Source: Bacteroidota bacterium
Lineage (GTDB): Bacteria > Bacteroidota > Bacteroidia > Flavobacteriales > Weeksellaceae
DNA: 39,262 nt
Assembly: GCA_023426625.1 (NCBI GenBank)
Contig: JAFAAJ010000037.1
Span: 1-39,262, forward strand
Reading direction: 5' to 3'
The notes beneath the pieces were generated by a model. That model saw only the letters and a program-made list of their open reading frames with translations, was not told the origin of the DNA and ran no database searches. Below are positions 27,200 through 38,951 of this stretch, piece after piece. Numbering within the stretch: the stretch's first letter is position 1; every line of letters begins with the position of its first letter. Both the position numbers and the translations under genes were made by a program.

Positions 27200-27796
27200 A
27201 TGAATATAGATGAACTAAAAAATACATGGAATGATGATGATTCTTTTGAAGAGACTCCTGAGATCAGCATGGAACAAAGGAATGAGATCCATCTTCCATT
27301 AGAAAAAATGCGAAAAAATATGAGGATGGAAGCATGGTGGACTTTGGGCATTTTTATTTTCGCTTTTCTGGTGATTGCAGGTTGTGAAGCTCCTTTTAAG
27401 TTCAAATTCTACATTGCAATCCTGATTATTTCTATGGTTTTTGTAACGGGTTTCTTTTTCAGTAAATTTTTCAGGCTGTATAAAGATATGAGTAATCCCG
27501 CTCTCAATACTTATGACGGACTTGTCGATCTTTTGCACCAGTTTGATCTGAATAAGCAGTATTATTTGTCATTTTATGTGGCTTTTGCTCCTTTTTTGGT
27601 ATGTGAACTGATTATTGTCCTTGAATTTATTCCACGACCTCAACCATTAACCGATCTGCAAATTGCCATGACCACGATCATTACTCTTGTTGTAACATTG
27701 TTCGCATTATTTATCATAGGCCGATGGTGGTTTGAAAAACTTTACGGAAGACATATCAAACAGGTTGAAAATCTTATCCGCGAGTTGAAGAGATAG
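27200..27796 (+). CDS. Membrane protein, putative anti-sigma partner of the ECF
   Basis: MNIDELKNTW N-terminus, four hydrophobic helices, LYG C-terminal motif; directly downstream of the ECF gene. Confidence 0.7.
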   Translation: MNIDELKNTWNDDDSFEETPEISMEQRNEIHLPLEKMRKNMRMEAWWTLGIFIFAFLVIAGCEAPFKFKFYIAILIISMVFVTGFFFSKFFRLYKDMSNPALNTYDGLVDLLHQFDLNKQYYLSFYVAFAPFLVCELIIVLEFIPRPQPLTDLQIAMTTIITLVVTLFALFIIGRWWFEKLYGRHIKQVENLIRELKR

Positions 27797-27799
27797 CTT

Positions 27800-27824
27800 T
27801 TCGGCGGGCTGAAAGCCCGCCGAA
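27800..27824. terminator. GC-rich hairpin between convergent genes (terminator or REP-like)
   Basis: TTCGGCGGGCT-GAA-AGCCCGCCGAA, a perfect 11-bp stem. Confidence 0.7.
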
Positions 27825-27828
27825 GATT

Positions 27829-29373
27829 TTATTGTGTATTATTTATTGTCACTTGCTTTTCGCGTGTAATTTCATTTTTCACCCATTCCAGTTGCGGATC
27901 TTTTTTATTGATGATATCGTCAATACTTTCGGTGATGATTACATCCGGAACGACTCCGTGCTGAGTATTGGAAAAATCAATATTCGGCTGTACCAATAGC
28001 AACCCGATAGGTAAGCTGATCTGTGAATTTGGAAGTTTTTGATAAGAATAAAAGCCCGCAACAGTTCCGTCATTAGCGCCTCCGGTTTCCTCACCAACAA
28101 TTACCGCTCTTCTGTCGTTCTTTAATTTAGCGGTGATGATAGAAGAAGCTGAAAAACTGGCTCCGTTGATCAGCACAAAAACCTTTCCATGAAAAGTATT
28201 TTTATTAGGTTTTGAAGGCTTACTGGCTTTCATTTTGTAAAATATCTTTCCATCTTTCTTATAAGTGCTGAAAGCCTGGGCAAAGAAATATGTGGGATAC
28301 GCAAGACTTTTAAGCGTATATTCAAGCACATTGCTTTTCCTGAAATAATTGGTTCGTAATGGAGTGTTTCTTGAGCTGAGTTGTGAAGGCTTGATTAAAA
28401 CATAAGGTTCCGGAGACAGGTAAGAATACAATTTATTGATCTCATATAAAGATCCTCCGTAATTATTTCGGACATCCAGAATAAGATATGAAGCATTACT
28501 GTTTTTAATTTTAGCAAACGCTTCCTTATAAAATTTATCCGAGTAGCTTCTTGAAAAACTTTTTACTTTTACATACGCAATTGTACTGTCTTTATCTAAA
28601 AATTTGAAATTCCTGTTATAGGAGTCTTCAAAAGGAACATAATCGTTAACCTTTTTTTCAGCAGTTCGTTTTTCCTGTGCTTTTTCTTTTTCAAGATCCT
28701 GTTTGGATTTGGTTTCTCTTCTTAAGGTATAAGTTTTCTTTTCTCCCAGATATTGAGTTTCGACTCTTGCGCTATCAATAAGTCCATGTTCTGCGGTATA
28801 GAAATTAAAGAACATATCTTTAAGATAATACGGTTGAAAAGTGGTGTTGAACCCATCACTGCTGATCAGGTTTCTATACTTTCGGATATATTGTGAAACA
28901 GGAATATCGTTGATTGATAATACTTCGGTTCCGGGCTGGATATGTTCTATGGAATCTTTATTTTCAGTAATGTATAGACGCTCTCCCTGAACATAATACT
29001 CAAAACGGCTAAACATTCCTTTTTTATGTTCAAGCGATTTGATTTCTTTTTTGGTGAGTTTTTTTATGGGAATTCTAAGCGAAAGATGTCCTTCACGAAT
29101 ACTGGCAATCACCGGTTGTAATTTGAAATAGAATTGAAGCGGAGTAAGAGGTTCATTGATCGTTTTTTTGAGACTGTCGAACTTATGGTCCAATTCTTCC
29201 CTGGAAATATACCAGTACAACTGAGGATGCATTTTCTGAAGCTTGGAATAGGCGTAATCTACATCTTTTTGAAGTTTTTCCGGAGGAATACATGAAATCC
29301 TTTGCTCATTGTGTTTTCTAACAGAACATGAGGTAAGAATGATACCCAGCAAAATGACCCAATAATTTTTCAA
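27829..29373 (-). CDS. S41 family peptidase, lipoprotein
   Basis: LTSC lipobox; LILDVRNNYGG, SFSASS, VGEETGG and GVVPD motifs. Confidence 0.9.
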   Translation of the reverse strand: MKNYWVILLGIILTSCSVRKHNEQRISCIPPEKLQKDVDYAYSKLQKMHPQLYWYISREELDHKFDSLKKTINEPLTPLQFYFKLQPVIASIREGHLSLRIPIKKLTKKEIKSLEHKKGMFSRFEYYVQGERLYITENKDSIEHIQPGTEVLSINDIPVSQYIRKYRNLISSDGFNTTFQPYYLKDMFFNFYTAEHGLIDSARVETQYLGEKKTYTLRRETKSKQDLEKEKAQEKRTAEKKVNDYVPFEDSYNRNFKFLDKDSTIAYVKVKSFSRSYSDKFYKEAFAKIKNSNASYLILDVRNNYGGSLYEINKLYSYLSPEPYVLIKPSQLSSRNTPLRTNYFRKSNVLEYTLKSLAYPTYFFAQAFSTYKKDGKIFYKMKASKPSKPNKNTFHGKVFVLINGASFSASSIITAKLKNDRRAVIVGEETGGANDGTVAGFYSYQKLPNSQISLPIGLLLVQPNIDFSNTQHGVVPDVIITESIDDIINKKDPQLEWVKNEITREKQVTINNTQ

Positions 29374-29478
29374 CTCAATTGGCTTTTAAATAATCTGCTA
29401 AATTAATGAGTTTTTGATATATGAAAATTAAATATTCTAAAAAACATTTAAAACGGATTCCTTAAAATCTTTTAATTA

Positions 29479-29637
29479 AACGCAAAGCCTAAAAGTATAA
29501 TACTAAATTAAGAAAGCAAAGGATAATCAATAAATTGATTTAATAAGTGAATCACTTTACCATTAGCTTAATCAGCGGCGCAGCCGCCATTGTTTGCTTG
29601 CTTAAATCATACGTGAATTTTATAAAATCTTTGCGTT
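29479..29637. repeat. Dispersed palindromic repeat (AACGCAAAG...CTTTGCGTT family), copy B
   Basis: Terminal 9-bp inverted repeats, inner TTAAGAAAGCAAA/TTTGCTTGCTTAA pair, AATCAATAAATTGATT and GCGGCGCAGCCGC hairpins. Confidence 0.8.
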
Positions 29638-29701
29638 AAATCCCATAATGAAACACAAAGGTTAAACTCGTAATCTTAAAGTTAATGATTATCGTGAAAA
29701 A

Positions 29702-29989
29702 TCAGGCGTGCCAAATATCTTTATACCGTTCCGGATGATGTTCAAACTGCTGTCTTACAAAATCACACTCCGGATCTACGAGCAGGTCTTTTTCTTCCGC
29801 ATATCGCACCAGTTCATCCAGGAGCATTTTGGCATATCCTTTCCCTTCATGTTCAGGTTCCAGCTTGGTATAATATACAATTAACAGTCTGCCATCAATC
29901 TCTATGGACATATAGCCTGCTTTATTTCCATCAATTAATATCTGCAATTCGTCTTGATATGGAGATATCCCAAATTTTATATTTTCCAT
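29702..29989 (-). CDS. Small GNAT-family (YjdJ-like) acetyltransferase
   Basis: EGKGYAKML acetyl-CoA-binding motif and PECDFV. Confidence 0.85.
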   Translation of the reverse strand: MENIKFGISPYQDELQILIDGNKAGYMSIEIDGRLLIVYYTKLEPEHEGKGYAKMLLDELVRYAEEKDLLVDPECDFVRQQFEHHPERYKDIWHA

Positions 29990-30168
29990 AATTACTGAGA
30001 TTTGTTTGATTAAAGAATGGTTTTTGAGCTTCCGAATCAGATTCTCTCCCTTAAAATTACAAATTAAAAATAATATAATGAATGAATTTTGGATTTAATC
30101 TTAAAATTAAAAGAAACCAAAATGACTTGATTCCCAAAAAATTTAATTCCAACAATCTTTAAATTTCA

Positions 30169-31452
30169 CTATTTACCATTTCCCATTCTCGTTACCAAGA
30201 TCTTATCGATCCGGTTTCCGTCCTTATCTACAATTTCAAGAATCAAATTCCCGATCTTTACTTTGTCGCCTGTTTTCGGAATATTTCCTGTTTTGCTAAT
30301 AAAAAGACCCGAAACACTTATAAAGCTTCTTTCTAATTCTTCATCGATCTCAATTCTGAAATATTTTTTAAAATCATGAATAGAACATTTCCCGTCAATA
30401 AGCCACGAATTTTCATTTCGTTTCACAATGTCCGGCTCATCATCCACACCATCGGGAATATTGCCTACAAGGTCATCAAGAATATCATTTAAAGTGATAA
30501 TACCTTTTGTGGTTCCATATTCATCAATTACAACGGCAATATGAGCTTTATTGTTCTGAAAGCTTTCCATTAAAGGATATATAAAAGAGTTTTCGCTTAC
30601 AAAAACAGCTTTTCTGAGGTGTTCTCGCAGGTTGAAATGAAGATGATCCAGGTCAAAAAGATCCCGCATTTTCACAACACCGATCACATTGTCAGGATTA
30701 CTGGCTTCTGTTACAGGGTAAGTAGAGTAGGAGCTGTTTTTTATCTTTTCTTTCACTGTTTCATAGCTGTCACCCGCATCCAGGAAAATAATTTTTGATC
30801 TGTGGGTAGCGAGAGAATTGACTTTTCTGTCACTTAATTCAAAAGCGTTTCGCAGAACATCATGTTCTTTTTCTTCAATGACTCCGCCTTCTTTTCCTTC
30901 CCGGATAATGGATTTTATTTCTTCCTCCGTTATCAGTTCCTTTTCATCATCATTGATCCCGAAAAGTTTTAAAAAGCTTTCATTAGTTACGGTAAGAAGC
31001 CATACAAAGGGAGAAGCCAGCCTGGAAAGCCAATACATCGGTTTAGCAATTGATAAAGCAATTTTCTCCGGAAACTTAAGTCCTAATCTCTTTGGGATCA
31101 ATTCCCCGAAAACAAGCGATAGAAATGTAATGATGATCACGATAAGAACGGAAGCGATACTTTTTGAATAGGGAGAAACAACTTCAATAGTTGAAATATA
31201 ATGAGCCAGACCTTCTGTAAGTTTGTCACCGGAATAAATTCCCAGAAGAATACCGATCAGTGTAATGCCGATCTGAACCGTGGACAGAAACTTATTGGGG
31301 TTTTCCGAAAGCTCCAGAGCTGTTTTAGCATTGGAATTTCCTTTTTTTCTCTCGCTTTTTAGCTTGAAGTTCCGGGAAGATACCAATGCCATTTCGGACA
31401 TTGAAAAAATGCCATTGAGAAGAATCAGGAAAATGATGATAATGATCTCCAT
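30169..31452 (-). CDS. Hemolysin family / CNNM-CBS-CorC transporter
   Basis: FSMSEMAL, TVQIGIT, GELIPK and VIDEYG motifs; C-terminal CorC_HlyC domain. Confidence 0.93.
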   Translation of the reverse strand: MEIIIIIFLILLNGIFSMSEMALVSSRNFKLKSERKKGNSNAKTALELSENPNKFLSTVQIGITLIGILLGIYSGDKLTEGLAHYISTIEVVSPYSKSIASVLIVIIITFLSLVFGELIPKRLGLKFPEKIALSIAKPMYWLSRLASPFVWLLTVTNESFLKLFGINDDEKELITEEEIKSIIREGKEGGVIEEKEHDVLRNAFELSDRKVNSLATHRSKIIFLDAGDSYETVKEKIKNSSYSTYPVTEASNPDNVIGVVKMRDLFDLDHLHFNLREHLRKAVFVSENSFIYPLMESFQNNKAHIAVVIDEYGTTKGIITLNDILDDLVGNIPDGVDDEPDIVKRNENSWLIDGKCSIHDFKKYFRIEIDEELERSFISVSGLFISKTGNIPKTGDKVKIGNLILEIVDKDGNRIDKILVTRMGNGK

Positions 31453-31607
31453 AAGTCATTAAGGTCTAAAATGATTTAACATAAATATACTCAAATAATT
31501 CACAACGGCCTCTACAAAAGATATATTTTGATTAAATTGTGGTACCCAAATAGTTTGGCATTTTAATTGGAATTATAATAAGAATTAATCAAAAAAACAG
31601 ACAAAAA

Positions 31608-31964
31608 ATGAAAAAAATATTTTTGACAGCACTGTTTTTGGGAATGTTTACATTAAGCTTTGCACAGTCAGATTATTACAATGAATATAGAAAAAGCGTT
31701 ACAGATCTGGATTGGAAAACAGTAGCCACAGAGTTGGTATTGACACCTGCACAACAGAGCGAACTGAATACGCTTAATAAAAGATATGAAGACTATAATA
31801 CGTGGTTAAGAACCTATGGCGATAATCCGGACAGATGGAGAACAGAACGATTTTCTGAAATGGAAAGGATTATGGGACGCGAAAAATATCAGCAGTTTAA
31901 ATCAAAGTATTATAAAGGACAGGATCCTGCAGCTTATTATAATAAAAGTAAAAAGCAGCGATAG
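31608..31964 (+). CDS. Hypothetical secreted protein
   Basis: Signal peptide ending in SFA; helical body. Confidence 0.75.
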   Translation: MKKIFLTALFLGMFTLSFAQSDYYNEYRKSVTDLDWKTVATELVLTPAQQSELNTLNKRYEDYNTWLRTYGDNPDRWRTERFSEMERIMGREKYQQFKSKYYKGQDPAAYYNKSKKQR

Positions 31965-32056
31965 GATTTAGTAATGTAAACCAATTATCAACTATACATT
32001 CAATTTTTGGAGTGGCTGATCAGAAGGTCAGTCATTTTGTTGCAGATAATTCAAAC

Positions 32057-32083
32057 AAAAAAGCCCCTTTAAAAAGGAGCTTT
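32057..32083 (-). terminator. Terminator of icd
   Basis: Minus strand AAAGCTCCTTT-TT-AAAGGGGCTTT followed by T tract. Confidence 0.7.
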
Positions 32084-32106
32084 AATAGATATTTAGCAGA
32101 CAAAAA

Positions 32107-34353
<2,247 letters not shown>

Positions 34354-34467
34354 TTAAGTCCCACAAATTTAGTTAAATTTTAAATTTTTTAAATTAATAC
34401 TCAGTAAGATTTTACACTTTAAGAATTATTTAACCTTTCTTTGAGCGAGAATGCGATGCAATTTGAG

Positions 34468-34475
34468 TAAATTTG
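34468..34475 (+). promoter_or_regulatory. Bacteroidota -7 promoter element for tpx
   Basis: TAAATTTG, with TTTG at 34440-34443 as a possible -33 element. Confidence 0.6.
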
Positions 34476-34497
34476 ATACAACTAAAAAATAACGTTT

Positions 34498-34998
34498 ATG
34501 TCAACAACTATTACTTTAAAAGGAAATGAAGTACACACGATAGGAAATCTTCCGTCCGTAGGAACTACTGTAAAGGATTTTGCATTAGTAGACTCAGGTC
34601 TGAATGTTAAAACGCTTCAGAATTTTGATGGAAAGAAAAAAGTTTTCAACATATTTCCGAGCATTGATACGGGAATTTGTGCAGCTTCTGCAAGAAAATT
34701 CAATGAAGAAGCTTCTAACCTTAGCAATACTGTGGTTATTAACGTTTCAAAAGATCTTCCGTTTGCATTAGGAAGATTCTGCGCAGCGGAAGGATTAAAT
34801 AATGTGGAAACACTTTCAGATTTCAGAAGCAGCTTTGGAGATGATTATGAGGTGACGATCACAGATTCTCCGATGAAAGGTCTTTTAAGCAGAGCCGTAA
34901 TTGTTACTGACGAAAATAATAAAGTAATTTACACAGAACAAGTTCCTGAAATCACAAAGGAGCCTAATTATGAAGCAGCCATTGCCGCTTTAAAATAA
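34498..34998 (+). CDS. tpx: Thiol peroxidase (atypical 2-Cys peroxiredoxin)
   Basis: FPSIDTGIC and SKDLPFALGRFC motifs. Confidence 0.96.
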   Translation: MSTTITLKGNEVHTIGNLPSVGTTVKDFALVDSGLNVKTLQNFDGKKKVFNIFPSIDTGICAASARKFNEEASNLSNTVVINVSKDLPFALGRFCAAEGLNNVETLSDFRSSFGDDYEVTITDSPMKGLLSRAVIVTDENNKVIYTEQVPEITKEPNYEAAIAALK

Positions 34999-35020
34999 GT
35001 GTACAATGAAAAAATAGAGT

Positions 35021-35056
35021 AAAAGCCTTGTGAGAACCTGTTCTCGCAGGGCTTTT
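35021..35056 (+). terminator. Terminator of tpx
   Basis: AAAAGCCTTGTGAGAAC-CT-GTTCTCGCAGGGCTTTT. Confidence 0.8.
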
Positions 35057-35082
35057 GCGTTTATCTGTTCAAAAAACTGAAA

Positions 35083-35436
35083 ATAGGGCAAGAAGAATTG
35101 TAAGTAATATTAAAACTGAGGATTTATCACAGGCAAATTTATTTTATCAGCAGATTTTAGGATTAGAGCTTTTGACGGATCCATGGCTGGATAAAAACTT
35201 TGGAAAATGATATTGAAGCGAAGGTTCAGATAAGTTTTGTTGCGCAGAGCGTGAATGATAGAGCTGTTCGTAATCTTTCTATTGAATTGGATAATGTAGA
35301 TGAAGTATATCAAAAAAATGAAAAAACAACCTTGAAATTGCATACGAATTACAAATGAAGAATGGGGAGTTCGAAAGTTTTTGTAAGAGATCCATTTGGA
35401 AAATTAGATAATATTTTTAGTCATTGGAATTTTTAA
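35083..35436 (+). pseudogene. Glyoxalase/VOC family pseudogene
   Basis: Fragments in shifting frames: RRIVSNI...FYQQILGLELLTD / HGWIKT...VQISF...LSIELDNVDEVYQK / EIAYE / NEEWGVRKF / FVRDPFGKLDNIFSH. No intact start codon. Confidence 0.85.
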
Positions 35437-35501
35437 TTTTCTGATTATTATAATTGCGTTCAGTCATCAAAATTTAATTTTATTACCCGTACATTTACAA
35501 A

Positions 35502-36713
35502 ATGAAACGTTCAGGAACAGCAGATTTACCGCTTCACTATGGCAAAGTACCGCCGTGGCTGTATGAACGTATGTCTGTTCTGGGACTTTCCATCATTGAG
35601 GTTATCTTAATGGATTACGGAAAAGATGAGGTTCTCCGCAGATTGGCAGATCCGTTCTGGTTTCAGAGTTTTGGAGCAGTGATGGGGATGGATTGGCATT
35701 CTTCCGGGATCACTACATCCGTGATGGGAGCTTTAAAACGTTCCATTAATCCTAATTCTCAGTCACTCGGATTGTATATCTGTGGAGGAAAAGGTAAATT
35801 TTCCAGAGAAACCCCTTCGGAACTTATTCGGATTGCCGATAAAACAGGATTGAACGGTACAGAACTGGTGAAAGCAAGCAAACTTTCCGCAAAAGTGGAT
35901 AATACAGCTATTCAGGATGGTTATCAACTCTATCTGCATAATTTTATTTTGGCAGATAATGGAAACTGGAGTGTGGTTCAGCAGGGAATGCACGAATCGG
36001 ATGGTACAGCAAGACGTTATCATTGGCATTCTGAAAATATAAAATCTTTTGTTGAAGAACCTCATACAGGAATAAATGGAGTGTTCAGAGGGCAAATCCT
36101 TAATCTTACGGCGGCGGAAGCTTCTGACAACAGAAAAGGAATTATTGAAATTTCCCATACAGATTCCACACAGATCATGAGCGATTTTTCAAGGCTGATT
36201 TTACCCAATCATCACGATGTACAGGCTTCAGATGTAGATCTGAAACGTTTGGGGGCATTGTTGTACATAACCCGCGAACAGCAGCCGCAGAATTTTGAAG
36301 ATTTGTTGTTGCTGGAAGGAGTAGGGCCAAGAACGATGCAGTCTCTGGCTTTGGTAAGTGAAGTGATTCACGGTGCACCTTCCAGATTTACGGATCCTGC
36401 AAGATTTTCTTTTGCTCATGGAGGAAAAGACGGTCATCCTTTTCCGGTTCCGACTAAAATCTACGATGAAAGCATCAATATCCTCAGAAAAGGGATTGAA
36501 AAATCCAAATTAGGAAATTCCGACAAGCTGAAAACATTGAATAAGCTGCATCAGGTGATAACCACAGCGGAGAAGAATTTTACTCCGGATTTTGATATTC
36601 AGCAGGTTATTGAAGACGAAGGGCAGAATTCTTGGAGGTTCGGTGGGAAAACTGTTTTTGGTGACGCTCAGAAACCCGGAGTTTCTAAACCGATACAGTT
36701 ATCTTTATTTTAA
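35502..36713 (+). CDS. DUF763 domain protein
   Basis: ADLPLHYG, GMDWHSSG, QDGYQLY, QQGM and FAHGGKDG motifs; HhH-like LEGVGPRT. Confidence 0.9.
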   Translation: MKRSGTADLPLHYGKVPPWLYERMSVLGLSIIEVILMDYGKDEVLRRLADPFWFQSFGAVMGMDWHSSGITTSVMGALKRSINPNSQSLGLYICGGKGKFSRETPSELIRIADKTGLNGTELVKASKLSAKVDNTAIQDGYQLYLHNFILADNGNWSVVQQGMHESDGTARRYHWHSENIKSFVEEPHTGINGVFRGQILNLTAAEASDNRKGIIEISHTDSTQIMSDFSRLILPNHHDVQASDVDLKRLGALLYITREQQPQNFEDLLLLEGVGPRTMQSLALVSEVIHGAPSRFTDPARFSFAHGGKDGHPFPVPTKIYDESINILRKGIEKSKLGNSDKLKTLNKLHQVITTAEKNFTPDFDIQQVIEDEGQNSWRFGGKTVFGDAQKPGVSKPIQLSLF

Positions 36714-36796
36714 GAATATCATTTAATCCTTAAAAAAATAAATTTCTTGTGCAGAATCTGAGAAAAATTTATTTTTAAAGCCTTAAAGTGAGTCAG

Positions 36797-37387
36797 ATGA
36801 GTTATAAAGCCCTGGAAGTTTCTTACGATTTTCCGTTTTTCCTCTCCGAAGAACTTGATGAGATATTTAAGGCTCATGAAAAAGTTCATTTTCAAAAAGG
36901 AGATTTTATCCTTGAAGAAGGGAAAACTGCAAATGAATATTATATCATAGAAAACGGACTGGCTCGTTCATTTGTAAATGACTTTAACGGCAACGAAGTA
37001 ACTACGCATTTCTTTGTAGATAATGAAGTTGTGATAGAGGTCTCATCACTTTTCCAGAGAATTCCTACTCAGGAAAATATCGTTTGTATCACAGACTGCG
37101 AATGCTGGAAACTGGATTTTGAAGTTTTTCAGGATCTTTTTCATAAGATTCCAAACCTCCGAGAATGGGGCAGATCATGGATGTCTCAGCAGCTTTTTGC
37201 CTATAAACAGCGTTCCGTTGAAATGTTTACGCTTTCTGCTACCAAACGTTACCTTAATCTTTTAGAACAAAAACCACAGGTTGTTCAGTTTGCTCCGCTT
37301 AAACAGATAGCTTCTTACCTGGGTATTACAGATACTTCTTTAAGCCGAATCCGCAAAGAATTGGTCTCTCACTCCAGGAAAAATTAA
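36797..37387 (+). CDS. Crp/Fnr family transcriptional regulator
   Basis: cNMP-binding fold (KGDFILEEG, GLARSF) and C-terminal HTH IASYLGITDTSLSRIR; start is ATG 36797 or GTG 36788. Confidence 0.92.
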   Translation: MSYKALEVSYDFPFFLSEELDEIFKAHEKVHFQKGDFILEEGKTANEYYIIENGLARSFVNDFNGNEVTTHFFVDNEVVIEVSSLFQRIPTQENIVCITDCECWKLDFEVFQDLFHKIPNLREWGRSWMSQQLFAYKQRSVEMFTLSATKRYLNLLEQKPQVVQFAPLKQIASYLGITDTSLSRIRKELVSHSRKN

Positions 37388-37389
37388 AT

Positions 37390-37434
37390 CTTGTCTTATG
37401 GCAAGTTGATTTTCATAGCGACTTGGTAATTTTG
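37390..37434 (+). promoter_or_regulatory. Putative Crp/Fnr operator plus -7 element of the DinB operon
   Basis: Dyad CTTGTC-TTAT-GGCAAG (37390-37405) upstream of TAATTTTG (37427-37434). Confidence 0.55.
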
Positions 37435-37463
37435 GTTAAAAGTTTAATACCAAATTATTACCA

Positions 37464-37925
37464 ATGGAAACCATAACCAACGATATCGAAATTATCAAAA
37501 TTCAGACATTCAGCAATTACAAAGTGATTTCGATAAATCTTGAAGGGATTACTCATGAAGAATCCATGATCTTTCCAAATGGAGATGCCAATTGCATGAA
37601 CTGGATTTTGGGACACTTGATCTACATCAGAAATGCATTTTTAAATATTCTGGGTGAAGAACCTGTTTGGGATAACGAAAAATTCTCAATCTACAACAGA
37701 GGAGAGACTCCATTGAACAGGAAAGGTGAGCTTGTGAATTTTGAAGACCTGAAAATCTATTTAAAAAATTCACAGGATAAATTAGAATCAGCATTTAACA
37801 AGCTTGAAAAAATCAATTCAGAAAACATCAATGATGTTGCTGTTTTGTCTTTTCATGAAATTTACCATGGCGGACAATTAGGATATCTCAGACGAATTCT
37901 TGGAAAACCCGGAGCTATAAAATAA
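37464..37925 (+). CDS. DinB/YfiT family protein
   Basis: NCMNWILGHL and FHEIYHGGQL (His triad). Confidence 0.9.
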   Translation: METITNDIEIIKIQTFSNYKVISINLEGITHEESMIFPNGDANCMNWILGHLIYIRNAFLNILGEEPVWDNEKFSIYNRGETPLNRKGELVNFEDLKIYLKNSQDKLESAFNKLEKINSENINDVAVLSFHEIYHGGQLGYLRRILGKPGAIK

Positions 37926-37963
37926 TTCTAAGTTCAATCTGCCGAAACAAAATTTTGAATATT

Positions 37964-38404
37964 ATGGAAAACTCACATTCAATATTTCATGATTTGGAGG
38001 TGAACGCAACTTTGGAAAATGTTTTTCAGATGTTTTCCGTTCCCGAGTTTTTAAATGAGTGGTGGACTCATCATTGTCTGGGAAATCCGGAACCGGATGC
38101 GGAATATACCTTTGAATTCACCGAAGAATATATCTGGAAAGGAAAAATTTCAAAATTTAACCCACCTTTTGAGATTGAATACACCATGACGGAATCAGAT
38201 GAAGACTGGAAAGGAACCAAAGTAGGATGTACACTTAAAGAAACAAAACGTGGAACCCGCATAAGCTTTTATCATACAGGATGGGAATCCGCCAATGATC
38301 ATTTCAGACAAACATCATTCTGTTGGGCAATGTACTTAAGGATCCTGAAAAAGTTTGTAGAAGAAGGACTTCACATTCCTTATGCAGAACGGGACAACTT
38401 TTAA
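37964..38404 (+). CDS. SRPBCC/AHSA1 domain protein
   Basis: LNEWW, DWKGT, TRISFYHTGW and CWAMYL motifs. Confidence 0.88.
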   Translation: MENSHSIFHDLEVNATLENVFQMFSVPEFLNEWWTHHCLGNPEPDAEYTFEFTEEYIWKGKISKFNPPFEIEYTMTESDEDWKGTKVGCTLKETKRGTRISFYHTGWESANDHFRQTSFCWAMYLRILKKFVEEGLHIPYAERDNF

Positions 38405-38423
38405 ACAATTAAAACAAATCATA

Positions 38424-38948
38424 ATGGACACACCAAAATCAAAAAAATTAGACATCATTATTCCTGCGTTTCGCGGTCACAGCCAGAACTTTCTGATGGT
38501 TCTGGATGGGATTTCAGAAGAAGACGCACTGAAAAGAATTGAAGGAAGAACCAATCATATTATCTGGATGGTAGGAAATTTTCTGGATATGCGTTATGCA
38601 CTGGGAAATATATTGGGATTGAATGAAGATTTCATATATAAAGACTTTTTCTTTCAGGGAAAAGCATTGGATGAAAACCTCAGTTATCCTTCTTTACAGC
38701 AATTGAAAGAAGAGTTTCATAAAATTTCACCACGGGTTTATCAGAAGTTGCTCGAGGTTTCCGATGAAGAACTCGAAAAAGCCTTTCCAATGGGTATGAA
38801 TATTGATTTTTTCCCCGAAACAGTACTGAACTTCATAGGAATGTGCATCGGTCGTGAAGATTATCTGTGCGGACAGATAGGGCTCATGCGAAGAATTCTC
38901 GGATATGAAGGCATGAAATATGATTTTGATAAAGATCTTAAATATTAG
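38424..38948 (+). CDS. DinB-like protein lacking the His triad
   Basis: NHIIWMVGNF and REDYLCGQIGLMRRILG align with the upstream DinB; ATG 38424. Confidence 0.8.
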   Translation: MDTPKSKKLDIIIPAFRGHSQNFLMVLDGISEEDALKRIEGRTNHIIWMVGNFLDMRYALGNILGLNEDFIYKDFFFQGKALDENLSYPSLQQLKEEFHKISPRVYQKLLEVSDEELEKAFPMGMNIDFFPETVLNFIGMCIGREDYLCGQIGLMRRILGYEGMKYDFDKDLKY

Positions 38949-38951
38949 TCA

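Noticed and set aside
35110..35343. 77-aa minus-strand ORF
   Set aside because: Antisense shadow of the glyoxalase pseudogene.
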